Source: Obrimoposthia wandeli
Taxonomy: Eukaryota
Direction: 5' to 3'
Assembly (NCBI GenBank): GCA_977020255.1
Contig: CDROCS010000122.1
Span: 558,001 to 622,000 of the forward strand
Length of the DNA stretch: 64,000 nucleotides
Positions 8,122-18,115 of the stretch are shown here, one piece after another. The position numbers and the translations under genes are program-made. A model generated the notes under the pieces. That model did no database searches. It was not told the origin of the DNA and worked only from the letters and a program-made list of their open reading frames with translations. Each line of letters begins with the position of its first letter. The first letter of the stretch is position 1.

Positions 8122-9948
8122 TTAAAAATCATCGGTGCCAGATATCGACATTGAACAATTTCGTCCTGCGGCTTTGGCTTTATACAGTGCCACATCCGCC
8201 ATGCCGACTAAATCGCCATAATCTTGCGATGGTAAAGGGATAACCGACGCAATGCCTAAGCTTACTGTCAGTGTATTGGCGACGTTAGAATAGCCATGCG
8301 TTAAACCTTTGGTGGCTAATTCTTGATGAATATTCGCCGCGACGATCTCTCCCCCTTTTAAATCGGTATTCGGTAATAAAAAAGCAAACTCTTCACCACC
8401 ATAACGCGCCACTTCATCGGTACCTCGCTGTACCACGTTACGAAGCACTTTCGCGACTTCTTGTAACGCGATATCACCTTGTTGATGTCCGTAGTTATCG
8501 TTAAAGGCTTTAAAATAATCGATATCACATAAGATAAGAGTAAGTGGCTGTTGCTCTCGAACATGACCATGCCACAGCTTCCGTAATTGTTCATCAAAAC
8601 TTCGGCGATTGGCGACTTTGGTTAAACTGTCAATAAAGCTGAGTTCTTGTAAATCCATAATCGCATCAGCTAATTGTTGTTCAGTCGCTTTACGTTCGGT
8701 TACGTCGCGCGCCATAACCAATACACCAACGGAGTTATCGATTGGATCTCGATAAGGCGATTTCGCCACTTCATACCAAATAGGGGTACCGTCTTCAAGA
8801 ATGACGTAATCTTCCGTTTTACTGGTAATGCCTTTTGCCATGACCTCTTCATCTATTGGACGGCAAAGCGCCCACTGATCAGGTTCAAGCACATCCGAAA
8901 CGACTTTACCCAGTAAGGTTTCAGTGGTGTGGCCTACCGAATGGGCAAACGACTCATTACAGCCAACATAAACCCAATGCTGATTAAACAATCCTATAGG
9001 GTCTTGGCTCGCGCTTAAAATCGTATCCAATAAATTATTACGTTGCGCTAATGTCTGCTCTGTCACCTCTCGCTTTTCAATTTCACTCTTAAGGCTTTCT
9101 TGCATTTCATGCCAATCAGTTACGTCATGGCTGATCCCAAGCGTACCAATAATCTCTCTATTATCATCAATTAATAAGGTTTTATTGGTTTCTAATAGGC
9201 GGCTGCAACCGTCTGGTGAGGTAGTCCAAGTATGCGTTGAATTATTGCCAGAAAACGAGGCTTCCTCGTTATCAATCAAGCCTTCATTGATCCTACCTCG
9301 CCAAAAGCGATCGAACGCTTTATTGGTACCAATCATTCGGTCGGCATTATCTTGAAAATACACTAATTCAGATAAGGAATTCAGAACACTTTGAAACACA
9401 CGTTGTTCTTGCTCAATTTTACTTAGAGCAACTTTTTGCTGTTGTGGCTTATGTAGATACAGTAGCCATGCTGCTTCTCGCTTATAGCGAATACGTTGAC
9501 CTGATACTGTTAACTTCATGCTTAAGTGTTCAGACAAGATCAGATCTTTACTCCAACCTCTAAAGCCCTTCTCATGACTATAAGGACGTAAAAAGTCGTG
9601 CAGCATTTGTGGCTCAATATTATCTGGATAGATATAGTTATTGCCAACCTTTCTAATACCGATTAATTCACGGCACGCTTTATTGGCATAAAGTAATGAA
9701 CCATCTCTGCCTCTAACAATAACCGCGCCTATCGGTAAATAGTTCAGGCTCGCTTGGGTTGTTCTAAACGAAGATAATTGAATATTATGAAGAATAAGCG
9801 CTAAAAAAGCACCTAAGATAGAAATGGCTAAGACCATTGAGGTTAACAGAAGAATTGGACTATCAAAGTCAGCAATAGGTATTAAAGCCCAACAAACAAA
9901 TGGGCTAAACAATAAAATAAGATAAATACACTTACGACGGTAATTCAT
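8122..9948 (-). CDS. membrane-anchored multi-PAS diguanylate cyclase
   Basis: 608 aa; N-terminal TM segments, PAS repeats, DSLT wide turn, intact GGEEF and RGTD I-site. Confidence 0.92.
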   Translation of the reverse strand: MNYRRKCIYLILLFSPFVCWALIPIADFDSPILLLTSMVLAISILGAFLALILHNIQLSSFRTTQASLNYLPIGAVIVRGRDGSLLYANKACRELIGIRKVGNNYIYPDNIEPQMLHDFLRPYSHEKGFRGWSKDLILSEHLSMKLTVSGQRIRYKREAAWLLYLHKPQQQKVALSKIEQEQRVFQSVLNSLSELVYFQDNADRMIGTNKAFDRFWRGRINEGLIDNEEASFSGNNSTHTWTTSPDGCSRLLETNKTLLIDDNREIIGTLGISHDVTDWHEMQESLKSEIEKREVTEQTLAQRNNLLDTILSASQDPIGLFNQHWVYVGCNESFAHSVGHTTETLLGKVVSDVLEPDQWALCRPIDEEVMAKGITSKTEDYVILEDGTPIWYEVAKSPYRDPIDNSVGVLVMARDVTERKATEQQLADAIMDLQELSFIDSLTKVANRRSFDEQLRKLWHGHVREQQPLTLILCDIDYFKAFNDNYGHQQGDIALQEVAKVLRNVVQRGTDEVARYGGEEFAFLLPNTDLKGGEIVAANIHQELATKGLTHGYSNVANTLTVSLGIASVIPLPSQDYGDLVGMADVALYKAKAAGRNCSMSISGTDDF

Positions 9949-10066
9949 CGAACATCCACATCAGAAAAATACGGCCAAACACATTCAGGGGAAAGTTAAT
10001 GTTCAAGCAGTAAAGTCAAATATGCATGATTATTAATTACTTGAGCTATCAATAATCTATCATAAG

Positions 10067-11014
10067 TTATGATTTTTTAGGCAATATAGGCTGATAAATA
10101 AATGAATTATCTAAAGCTGAACCTTGGGCACCGTGTTGATCGAGGTATTTTCCAATATCAATCATGGCCAACCAACGATTTTCACACCAAGAGGGAGCCA
10201 ATAATGTCGGGCGACGGGCGCTAGCTGATACACGATGAAAAACGACTTCTGGTGGTGTAAGACGGATCATTTCAGCAGCAATTTCAGTATATGTTTCTAA
10301 ACTCAACGCTTCGAGGCGATCAGCCTTCCACGCTTTCGCCATGATACTGCCTTCTACAATGTGTAGCGGGTGCAACTTGATCCCATCTGTGCCCACATCA
10401 ACGGTCCGTTTCAGTGTCTCTAAATTGTCTTCTTTTGTGTCACCCGGCAAACCAACAATAAGGTGAGTACACACTTTAATACCCAATGCACGAGCACGTT
10501 TCGTGATTTTCTCATAACACGAAAAATCATGACCTCGATTAATACGCTTTAATGTTTTATCGTTCGCGGTTTGCAAGCCAAGTTCAAGCCAAATCTCATA
10601 GCCCTGCTCGCAATAACTCGCCAGTAACTCCAACACTGCATCTGGCACACAGTCTGGACGCGTACCTACGCACAATCCGACGATATCGGTAGCTTGTAAC
10701 GCTTCTTCATACATGTTTTTCAACAACTGCACTTCAGCGTAAGTATTGGTATACGCCTGAAAATACGCTAAATAGCGGTTAGCCCGATCGGTTTTGACTG
10801 CACGTTGCGCCAACTGCTGACGAATAGGTAAATACTGTGCTTGCTCATCAGCAAATGAGGCGACATTACAGAAGGTACAGCCTCCTCGCCCAATAGTGCC
10901 ATCACGATTTGGACAACTAAAACCACCATGCAAAGACAGTTTATGTACTTTCTCTCCATAGCGTCGTTGTAAATCTTGTCCAAATGTATTGACTAATTCG
11001 TGCAGCTGCATCAT
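10067..11014 (-). CDS. yhcC: radical SAM protein, YhcC/TIGR01212 family
   Basis: 315 aa; CPNRDG..GGCTFC motif; between arcB and gltB as in E. coli. Confidence 0.9.
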   Translation of the reverse strand: MMQLHELVNTFGQDLQRRYGEKVHKLSLHGGFSCPNRDGTIGRGGCTFCNVASFADEQAQYLPIRQQLAQRAVKTDRANRYLAYFQAYTNTYAEVQLLKNMYEEALQATDIVGLCVGTRPDCVPDAVLELLASYCEQGYEIWLELGLQTANDKTLKRINRGHDFSCYEKITKRARALGIKVCTHLIVGLPGDTKEDNLETLKRTVDVGTDGIKLHPLHIVEGSIMAKAWKADRLEALSLETYTEIAAEMIRLTPPEVVFHRVSASARRPTLLAPSWCENRWLAMIDIGKYLDQHGAQGSALDNSFIYQPILPKKS

Positions 11015-11660
11015 TTCACCTAGCGTTTAATTATCATTCCAATAAGAACGACAAACCTGTTTACGGCGGCGCAGAATAACACTAAGCCTCAAGGGTGAAT
11101 TTGTGCCAAAACAAGAAAAAACGTATAACTAAAATTACCTAGCACGTTACTCCCCCATCCGTTGATAAAAAACAACAAAAAGTGCGCCCCCCTCTCCGAC
11201 TAAAGTCTTATCTTCTAAGCGTCACTATTAACATCGTTGAGCCAGATATTCACAATGAGAAGCATTATCGAATAAACACGCATATTCGCGAATTATAAAT
11301 GCACTAAATGAAATAAGTTATGCTCTTTATGTGTTATTTTTTGTTGGTAATTAAAGTATCAAAACTGTAGGATAGTTACACTTGTGTGCAATTTATGCAC
11401 AACAAATGTGATGTAATCAGCTATCCTAATAGTGATTTATGTTACTAAGTCGGAAAGATTGCAGTGTTTTTACATACCAGAATGAAAACACTCCAACATT
11501 TAGTTTGCTATTGAAAGTAAGAACTTCATCCCACAGCAAACACGCAACTCAACGATGCTGGACAAGACGTTCAATATAAAGCTCATTGAGAATGTGATTA
11601 TAAAATTAGGGATAACCAAGCCTTTGGATAAGGGCTTGTTGAAACTGGAAGGATGTATCA

Positions 11661-14600
11661 ATGTCAGATCAAGAGCTTAACGCGCAGGGACTTTATGTAC
11701 CCGAATTAGAGCACGATGCCTGTGGTATCGGCTTTGTTGCCCACCTGAAAAACCGTAAGTCCCATGAGATCGTAACGCAAGCCCTCGACATGTTAGCTCG
11801 TATGGAGCACCGTGGCGGTCAAGGCTGTGATCCTTGTAGTGGTGATGGTGCCGGTATTCTTTTACAAAAACCGCATGAATTTTTACTGGAAGAAACAGTA
11901 AAACAAGGCATTAAACTACCGTCATTTGATAAATACGGTGTGGGTGTTGTGCTGTTTCCGAAAGATGAGCACAAACGTTCGCAGTGTCGTGACATTTTAG
12001 AGCGAAATGCAAAGCGACTTGATCTAGAAGTCATTGGCTACCGTGTATTACCCGTCGATAACTCGATGATTGGTGAAGATCCACTTAGCACTGAACCCCA
12101 GTTTGAACACGTGTTTATTACTGGTGGCGCAAACCTAGATCCTGCAATTCTAGAGCGTAAACTGTATGTACTTCGTAACTATACAGTGCGTGTTTGCCTT
12201 GAAAGCATTTCAAATATTGGCGATGACTTCTACATTAACTCATTGTCTTATAAAACCTTGGTCTATAAAGGTCAGCTAACAACAGAGCAAGTACCTCAAT
12301 ACTTCTTAGACCTCCAGAATCCAAGTATGGTGACGGCACTCGCACTTGTGCACTCCCGCTTCTCGACCAATACATTCCCTCGTTGGCGTCTTGCCCAACC
12401 CTTCCGTTATATTGCTCACAACGGTGAAATTAACACTGTTCGTGGTAATTTAAACTGGATGAAGGCACGTGAAGCGATCCTTGAATCGGATCTATTCAGC
12501 CCGCAAGAAATCGATATGTTGCTGCCAATCTGTCAGGAAGGCAGCTCAGATTCCTCCAACTTCGATATGGCGTTAGAACTATTAGTGCTTTCTGGCCGTA
12601 GCTTGCCACACGCTCTTATGATGCTGATTCCTGAAGCATGGCAAGAAAACAAGAATATGGATCCCAAGCGACGTGCGTTCTATCAATACCACGCTAACGT
12701 CATGGAACCATGGGATGGTCCGGCTTCTGTTTGTTTCACTGATGGTGTTCAAGTAGGTGCAACACTTGACCGTAATGGTCTTCGTCCTTCTCGTTATACT
12801 GTGACCAAAGATGATTTCTTGGTTATGGCATCGGAATCTGGCGTTGTAAAAATTGATCCTGAGAATGTTCAATTCCGAGGTCGTCTACAACCGGGTCGTA
12901 TCTTTGTTGCCGATTTAGAGCAAGGTCGCATCATCTCTGACGAAGAAGTCAAAGACAGCATCGCCACATCGAAGCCATATGAGCAATGGATTAAAGACAA
13001 CCTATTGACTTTAAAAGCCCTGCCAGAAGCCGATAACATGCACCACCAGCCAACACCAGAGCGTTTGCTGCATCATCAACAAGCGTTTGGTATGAGCTCT
13101 GAAGAAGTGAACGAAATTATCGTTCCTTTAGCGAAAACAGGTTACGAACCACTCAGCGCAATGGGTGCTGACTGGCCACTCGCGATTCTATCTCATCAGT
13201 CTCAGCATCTATCTAACTACTTTAAGCAGCTTTTTGCTCAGGTAACTAACCCACCGATCGATCCGATCCGTGAGCGTATGGTTATGTCGCTGAATACTTA
13301 CCTTGGTAAAGATCAGAACCTACTGACAGAAACACCTGAACACTGCCAAAAGGTAGAATTGGAATCTCCTGTTCTTTCAAATGCCGAACTTGAAAAGCTG
13401 CGGGCTATCGATAAAGAGCACTTACAAGCTAAGACGCTCGATATCGTATTCCGTGCTAACGGTGAGCAAGGCAAACTAGAACGCGCCCTTACGCGTATTT
13501 GCCAATATTCAGAAGATGCGGTTAACGATGGTTATTCCATTATCATTCTGACTGACCGTGCCGTTAACTCTAACCATGCTGCGATTCCAGCCATGCTGGC
13601 TGTGGGTGCTGTTCACCACCATCTAATTCGTAAAGGATTACGTGCGAAATGTGACATCATTATCGAAACTGGTGATGCACGTGAAACCCACCACTTTGCA
13701 ACGCTAGTCGGTTATGGTGCCAATGCCATTAACCCTTATCTAGTAACAGAGACACTGGTTGATCTGCAGAAAAAGCGTAAGTTAGACCCAGAGTTATCAA
13801 CAGATGCACTATTCAATAATTACCGTAAAGGTGTGAATGGCGGTCTGCTTAAAATCTTCTCGAAGATGGGCATTTCTACCTTACAGTCATACCATGGCGC
13901 ACAAATATTTGAAGCGCTGGGTATCAGTAAATCTGTTGTCGATAAATACTTCACAGGTACTGTTTCACGTATTCAAGGTTTAACCATCGATGACATCGCA
14001 CAAGAAGTGCTAATTCGTCACCGTGTTGGCTATCCTACGCGTGAAATCCCAATCCAAATGTTGGATGTGGGTGGTGTTTATCAGTGGAAACAACGTGGTG
14101 AAAAGCACCTGTTTAACCCTGAAACAATTTCACTGCTACAGCAATCAACACGTGGTAAAGATTACAAGCAATTCCAAGAGTATTGCCATGCTGTTGATGC
14201 ACAAGGTGACAATGCAGCAACATTACGTAGCCAGCTTGAGTTCATTAAGAGCCCAACAGGTGCAATACCATTGGCTGACGTTGAGCCAATTGAAAGCATT
14301 TTGAAGCGATTTGCCACCGGTGCAATGAGCTTTGGCTCTATCTCTCACGAAGCCCACTCAACGCTTGCTGTTGCAATGAACCGCATCGGCGCTAAGTCTA
14401 ACTCTGGCGAAGGCGGTGAAGACCCAGTTCGTTTTGCTAAGAAAGAAAACGGCGATTGGGAACGTTCGGCTATCAAGCAAGTTGCATCAGGGCGTTTCGG
14501 CGTAACCTCTTACTACTTGAGTAATGCTGATGAGCTTCAAATCAAAATGGCACAAGGCGCGAAGCCAGGTGAAGGCGGTCAACTACCCGGTGACAAAGTC

Positions 14601-16208
14601 GATGACTGGATTGGTGCAACGCGCCACTCAACACCCGGTGTAGGTCTAATTTCACCCCCACCCCACCACGATATTTACTCTATCGAAGATTTGGCTCAGC
14701 TGATCTACGATTTGAAAAATGCCAACCGTACAGGTCGTGTTAACGTCAAGCTCGTATCGGAAGCAGGCGTAGGTACAATCGCATCAGGTGTTGCAAAAGC
14801 CAAAGCTGATGTCGTGCTGATTGCTGGCTTTGATGGCGGTACAGGTGCCTCACCTATGTCATCGATTCGCCACACAGGTTTACCGTGGGAATTGGGTCTA
14901 GCAGAAACACACCAAACGCTACTGAAGAACGGCTTACGTAACCGTATTGTTGTTCAGTCTGACGGCCAGATGAAAACCCCTCGCGACCTTGCTGTCGCAA
15001 CCCTACTGGGTGCAGAAGAATGGGGTGTAGCAACAGCAGCACTGGTTGTTGAAGGTTGTATCATGATGCGTAAGTGTCATAAGAATACCTGCCCTGTTGG
15101 TATCGCAACGCAAAATAAAACACTCCGTGAGCGTTTTGATGGTCGTGTTGAAGATGTGGTTACTTTCTTCCAGTACATGGCTGAAGGTTTACGTGAAGTG
15201 ATGGCTGAACTTGGCTTTTGCACCATTGAAGAGATGGTGGGGCAATCTCACAAGCTGAAAGTCCGTAGCGACATTGGCCACTGGAAATACAAGAACCTTG
15301 ATTTAAGCCCTGTGCTATTTATTGAGCCACCTCGTAAAGACGATGGTATCTATAATCAGCGTCAGCAAGAACACAACCTTGAACATGTACTTGATCGTAA
15401 GTTAATTGAACTTGCTGCCCCCGCGTTATATCAGGGTAAGCAAGTCGATGCTGAATTTGACATCATCAATACCGACCGTAGTACAGGTACTATGCTGTCA
15501 AACGAGATTTCAAAAATCTATAAAGACCAAGGTTTACCACAATCAATGAACGTGACGTTTAATGGTTCTGCGGGTCAAAGTTTTGGTGCATTTCTTGCGA
15601 AAGGTGTGAAATTTACTGTCGAAGGCGATGCCAATGACTACTGGGGTAAAGGCTTATCTGGCGGTACGCTAGTACTTTATCCAAATAGAAAGTCTGATAT
15701 TGTTCCTGAAGATAACATCATTGTAGGTAACGTTTGTTTCTACGGTGCAACGTCAGGTGAATCTTACATTCGCGGTCTAGCGGGTGAACGTTTCTGTGTA
15801 CGTAACTCAGGCGCAAGAGTGGTTGTTGAAGGAATAGGTGACCACGGTTGTGAATACATGACTGGTGGCATTGCCATTATTCTTGGTCAAACAGGTCGTA
15901 ACTTCGCGGCAGGCATGAGCGGTGGTATCGCGTATGTTTGGGACCAATTCGGTGACTTCGAAACCAAACTAAATGCAGAACTTGTTGATCTTGACCCTCT
16001 AGAGCAAGAAGACAAAGACTTGCTATTCGATATGCTAACCAAGCATGCTGAACTGACCGGCAGTACAGTCGCAGAAACGTTCCTATCGAACTTTGAAGCA
16101 AATCTTCAGAAGATGATGAAAGTAATGCCAAGGGATTACAAAGCTGTACTACTAAAGCGTAAAGCTGAAGCAGAAAACAAGGAAGAGTTGGAGGCCGTAA
16201 ATGGGTAA
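11661..16208 (+). CDS. gltB: glutamate synthase large subunit, copy 1
   Basis: 1515 aa; HDACG N-terminal nucleophile, [28 protein letters not shown] 3Fe-4S motif. Confidence 0.96.
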   Translation: MSDQELNAQGLYVPELEHDACGIGFVAHLKNRKSHEIVTQALDMLARMEHRGGQGCDPCSGDGAGILLQKPHEFLLEETVKQGIKLPSFDKYGVGVVLFPKDEHKRSQCRDILERNAKRLDLEVIGYRVLPVDNSMIGEDPLSTEPQFEHVFITGGANLDPAILERKLYVLRNYTVRVCLESISNIGDDFYINSLSYKTLVYKGQLTTEQVPQYFLDLQNPSMVTALALVHSRFSTNTFPRWRLAQPFRYIAHNGEINTVRGNLNWMKAREAILESDLFSPQEIDMLLPICQEGSSDSSNFDMALELLVLSGRSLPHALMMLIPEAWQENKNMDPKRRAFYQYHANVMEPWDGPASVCFTDGVQVGATLDRNGLRPSRYTVTKDDFLVMASESGVVKIDPENVQFRGRLQPGRIFVADLEQGRIISDEEVKDSIATSKPYEQWIKDNLLTLKALPEADNMHHQPTPERLLHHQQAFGMSSEEVNEIIVPLAKTGYEPLSAMGADWPLAILSHQSQHLSNYFKQLFAQVTNPPIDPIRERMVMSLNTYLGKDQNLLTETPEHCQKVELESPVLSNAELEKLRAIDKEHLQAKTLDIVFRANGEQGKLERALTRICQYSEDAVNDGYSIIILTDRAVNSNHAAIPAMLAVGAVHHHLIRKGLRAKCDIIIETGDARETHHFATLVGYGANAINPYLVTETLVDLQKKRKLDPELSTDALFNNYRKGVNGGLLKIFSKMGISTLQSYHGAQIFEALGISKSVVDKYFTGTVSRIQGLTIDDIAQEVLIRHRVGYPTREIPIQMLDVGGVYQWKQRGEKHLFNPETISLLQQSTRGKDYKQFQEYCHAVDAQGDNAATLRSQLEFIKSPTGAIPLADVEPIESILKRFATGAMSFGSISHEAHSTLAVAMNRIGAKSNSGEGGEDPVRFAKKENGDWERSAIKQVASGRFGVTSYYLSNADELQIKMAQGAKPGEGGQLPGDKVDDWIGATRHSTPGVGLISPPPHHDIYSIEDLAQLIYDLKNANRTGRVNVKLVSEAGVGTIASGVAKAKADVVLIAGFDGGTGASPMSSIRHTGLPWELGLAETHQTLLKNGLRNRIVVQSDGQMKTPRDLAVATLLGAEEWGVATAALVVEGCIMMRKCHKNTCPVGIATQNKTLRERFDGRVEDVVTFFQYMAEGLREVMAELGFCTIEEMVGQSHKLKVRSDIGHWKYKNLDLSPVLFIEPPRKDDGIYNQRQQEHNLEHVLDRKLIELAAPALYQGKQVDAEFDIINTDRSTGTMLSNEISKIYKDQGLPQSMNVTFNGSAGQSFGAFLAKGVKFTVEGDANDYWGKGLSGGTLVLYPNRKSDIVPEDNIIVGNVCFYGATSGESYIRGLAGERFCVRNSGARVVVEGIGDHGCEYMTGGIAIILGQTGRNFAAGMSGGIAYVWDQFGDFETKLNAELVDLDPLEQEDKDLLFDMLTKHAELTGSTVAETFLSNFEANLQKMMKVMPRDYKAVLLKRKAEAENKEELEAVNG

Positions 16209-17673
16209 GCCTACAGGATTTTTAGAATTTGGTCGTGAACTACCACAGAAGGTAGATCCAAGCGTTCGTATTCAAGATAACAAAGAATTTGTTCTGAATG
16301 ACGAGTTTGGCGATAAGATCAATACTCAAGCATCACGCTGCATGGATTGTGGCGTACCTTTCTGCCACAACGCGTGCCCGATAGGTAATATCATCCCAGA
16401 ATTCAACGATGCCGTTTTTCGTGATAGCTGGGAAGAAGCATGGAACATTTTAAGTTCAACCAATAACTTTCCTGAATTTACGGGTCGTGTATGCCCTGCA
16501 CCTTGTGAAAGTGGCTGTGTATTGGGTATCAACCAAGACCCAATTACGATCTGTAATATCGAGAAAACCATTGTCGAAACAGCCTACCGTGAAGGGTATG
16601 CTAAACCGAAAACGCCACGGTCACGCACAGGCAAAACCATTGCTATCATCGGTTCTGGTCCTGCGGGTCTATCAGCAGCCGAGCAATTAAACAGCGCGGG
16701 TCATTGTGTGACTGTTTTTGAGCGTGATGAAAAGGTCGGGGGTCTATTGCGTTTTGGGATCCCTGATTTCAAATTAGGCATGGATATCATTGATCGTAAA
16801 ATCGACTTAATGAGCGATGCTGGCGTTAAATTCGAGGTTAATGCTCACATTGGTGTCACGGTAAATGCCCTGCAATTACGTCAAGAATTTGATGTGGTAT
16901 TACTAACCGGTGGTTCTACCGTACCGCGTAATTTACCGATTCCAGGTCGTGAACTAAATGGTGTACATTTTGCAATGGAATTTCTTGCGCAAAATAATCG
17001 CCGTGCTAACGACATGGATTTAAAAACCGAAGAAATTCACGCTAAAGGCAAGCATATTGTTGTGGTTGGTGGCGGTGATACCGGTTCTGACTGTGTGGGT
17101 ACATCTAACCGTCATGGTGCTGCAAGCATTACTCAAGTGGAAATTATGCCAATTCCACCTGGGCAGCGTCCAACGAATCAGCCTTGGCCGTCTTACCCAA
17201 TGATCATGAAAACATCGACTTCGCATGAAGAAGGCTGTGATCGTCATTGGAATATTCTGACTAAAGAGTTCATCGGTGATGAAGCGGGTAATGTAAAAGC
17301 ATTGCGTATCGCCGATATTCAGTGGCAAGAAGCCAAACCTGGCGAACGCCCTGGTTTTGATGAAGTCGCAGGTTCTGAGCGTATTATTCCATGTGATATG
17401 GCATTTTTAGCGATGGGCTTCTTACATCCAGAACCAACCGGTGTTATTGCTCAACTGGATATTAAGTTGGATGAGCGTGGTAATGTTGCAACCACGGGTT
17501 TTGCAACTAGCCAGAAAGGTGTTTTTGCCGCAGGCGATATGCGTACAGGTCAATCTTTGGTGGTACGTTGTATCAACGAAGGACGTGAATGTGCGCGTGA
17601 AATTGATGACTTCTTAATGGGTAACTCCAACCTAGAAGCAAGAGCTGATTCATTGATGCTATCTCAAGCCTAA
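16201..17673 (+). CDS. gltD: glutamate synthase small subunit, copy 1 (NADH-like signature)
   Basis: 490 aa; CMDCGVPFC, GSGPAG, GGGDTG; overlaps gltB1 stop. Confidence 0.95.
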   Translation: MGKPTGFLEFGRELPQKVDPSVRIQDNKEFVLNDEFGDKINTQASRCMDCGVPFCHNACPIGNIIPEFNDAVFRDSWEEAWNILSSTNNFPEFTGRVCPAPCESGCVLGINQDPITICNIEKTIVETAYREGYAKPKTPRSRTGKTIAIIGSGPAGLSAAEQLNSAGHCVTVFERDEKVGGLLRFGIPDFKLGMDIIDRKIDLMSDAGVKFEVNAHIGVTVNALQLRQEFDVVLLTGGSTVPRNLPIPGRELNGVHFAMEFLAQNNRRANDMDLKTEEIHAKGKHIVVVGGGDTGSDCVGTSNRHGAASITQVEIMPIPPGQRPTNQPWPSYPMIMKTSTSHEEGCDRHWNILTKEFIGDEAGNVKALRIADIQWQEAKPGERPGFDEVAGSERIIPCDMAFLAMGFLHPEPTGVIAQLDIKLDERGNVATTGFATSQKGVFAAGDMRTGQSLVVRCINEGRECAREIDDFLMGNSNLEARADSLMLSQA

Positions 17674-17688
17674 TACAAGATACACACT

Positions 17689-17721
17689 AAAAAACCAGCT
17701 CTGTTGTGAGCTGGTTTTTTT
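17689..17721 (+). terminator. intrinsic terminator after gltBD copy 1
   Basis: AAAAAACCAGCTC-TGTTGT-GAGCTGGTTTTTTT. Confidence 0.9.
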
Positions 17722-18115
17722 ATACCAATAAGATTGTATCCACCCATTATCGATATCCTTTTTTCGTTAAAAACCTTTCTTTACTCCTCTCTAAATAATC
17801 TTTTTTACTTTTTATCACTTATTAGAATCCTTGAAGTAAGTCAGAAATAGCCGCTCTTTTTCTTGTTAGTATCTGACCGTATTTCCTATCAAAAAGATAA
17901 ATGTATCCGTTGATTTTTAAATGAAAAAATTAAATACCAATCACTTAGAAGAATATATTGTGGCAGCACGTAAATGTGACCTGTAACGATAATTTGACCT
18001 TTTTGTAATTTATCGTTAACTTGAAATGTCGCTATAAGCAGAAAAGACGATCAGGAAGGTTGTCATACTTATGCGCTCACACTGTTTAAATGAGCAGAAG
18101 CAAGGGAGAGTTGCA

